NCBI RefSeq assembly: GCF_037042905.1
Contig: NC_087251.1
Span: forward strand, 22,818,001-22,878,000
Length of the DNA: 60,000 nucleotides
Reading direction: 5' to 3'
Source of the DNA: Lytechinus pictus
Taxonomy: Eukaryota
Positions 59,919 to 60,000 of this stretch are shown piece after piece. The position numbers and the translations under genes are program-made. The notes beneath the pieces are model-generated. The model did no database searches. It was given only the letters and a program-made list of their open reading frames with translations, and was not told where the DNA came from. How positions within the stretch are numbered: position 1 is the first letter of the stretch; every line of letters begins with the position of its first letter.

Positions 59919-60000
59919 ATTACAGAAACTTTAAAGTGCCATTGACTTGTAGAGATGGCGAGATAACTTATCTTGCCAAGTCAACATAATTATGTCAACA

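Overview
Eukaryotic (animal, AT-rich, most likely sea urchin/echinoderm-like; inferred from repeat content and intron style) genomic DNA. Almost the whole window is one + strand gene, the spastizin orthologue ZFYVE26/SPG15. I reconstructed it by hand as 45 coding exons (5222..55263, 10,086 nt, ~3,361 aa, all splice phases consistent). It has the HPFG..GxWELA.AC N-terminus, an intact FYVE finger, the conserved C-terminal region, one GC-AG intron, three candidate symmetric cassette exons and an internal DUF547-like domain that I do not recognise from vertebrate spastizin. The window starts inside an intron-containing tRNA-Tyr(GUA) gene on the - strand. Next come two near-identical 528-bp fully palindromic elements with 9-bp TSDs and terminal GNA-triloop hairpins, and a scrambled, hairpin-rich promoter region. 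Introns hold many non-autonomous elements: Kolobok-like, Tc1/mariner-like, hAT-like and Harbinger-like MITEs, Helentron/HINE elements and tRNA-derived SINEs, some nested. No transposase, CRISPR or prokaryotic system was seen.
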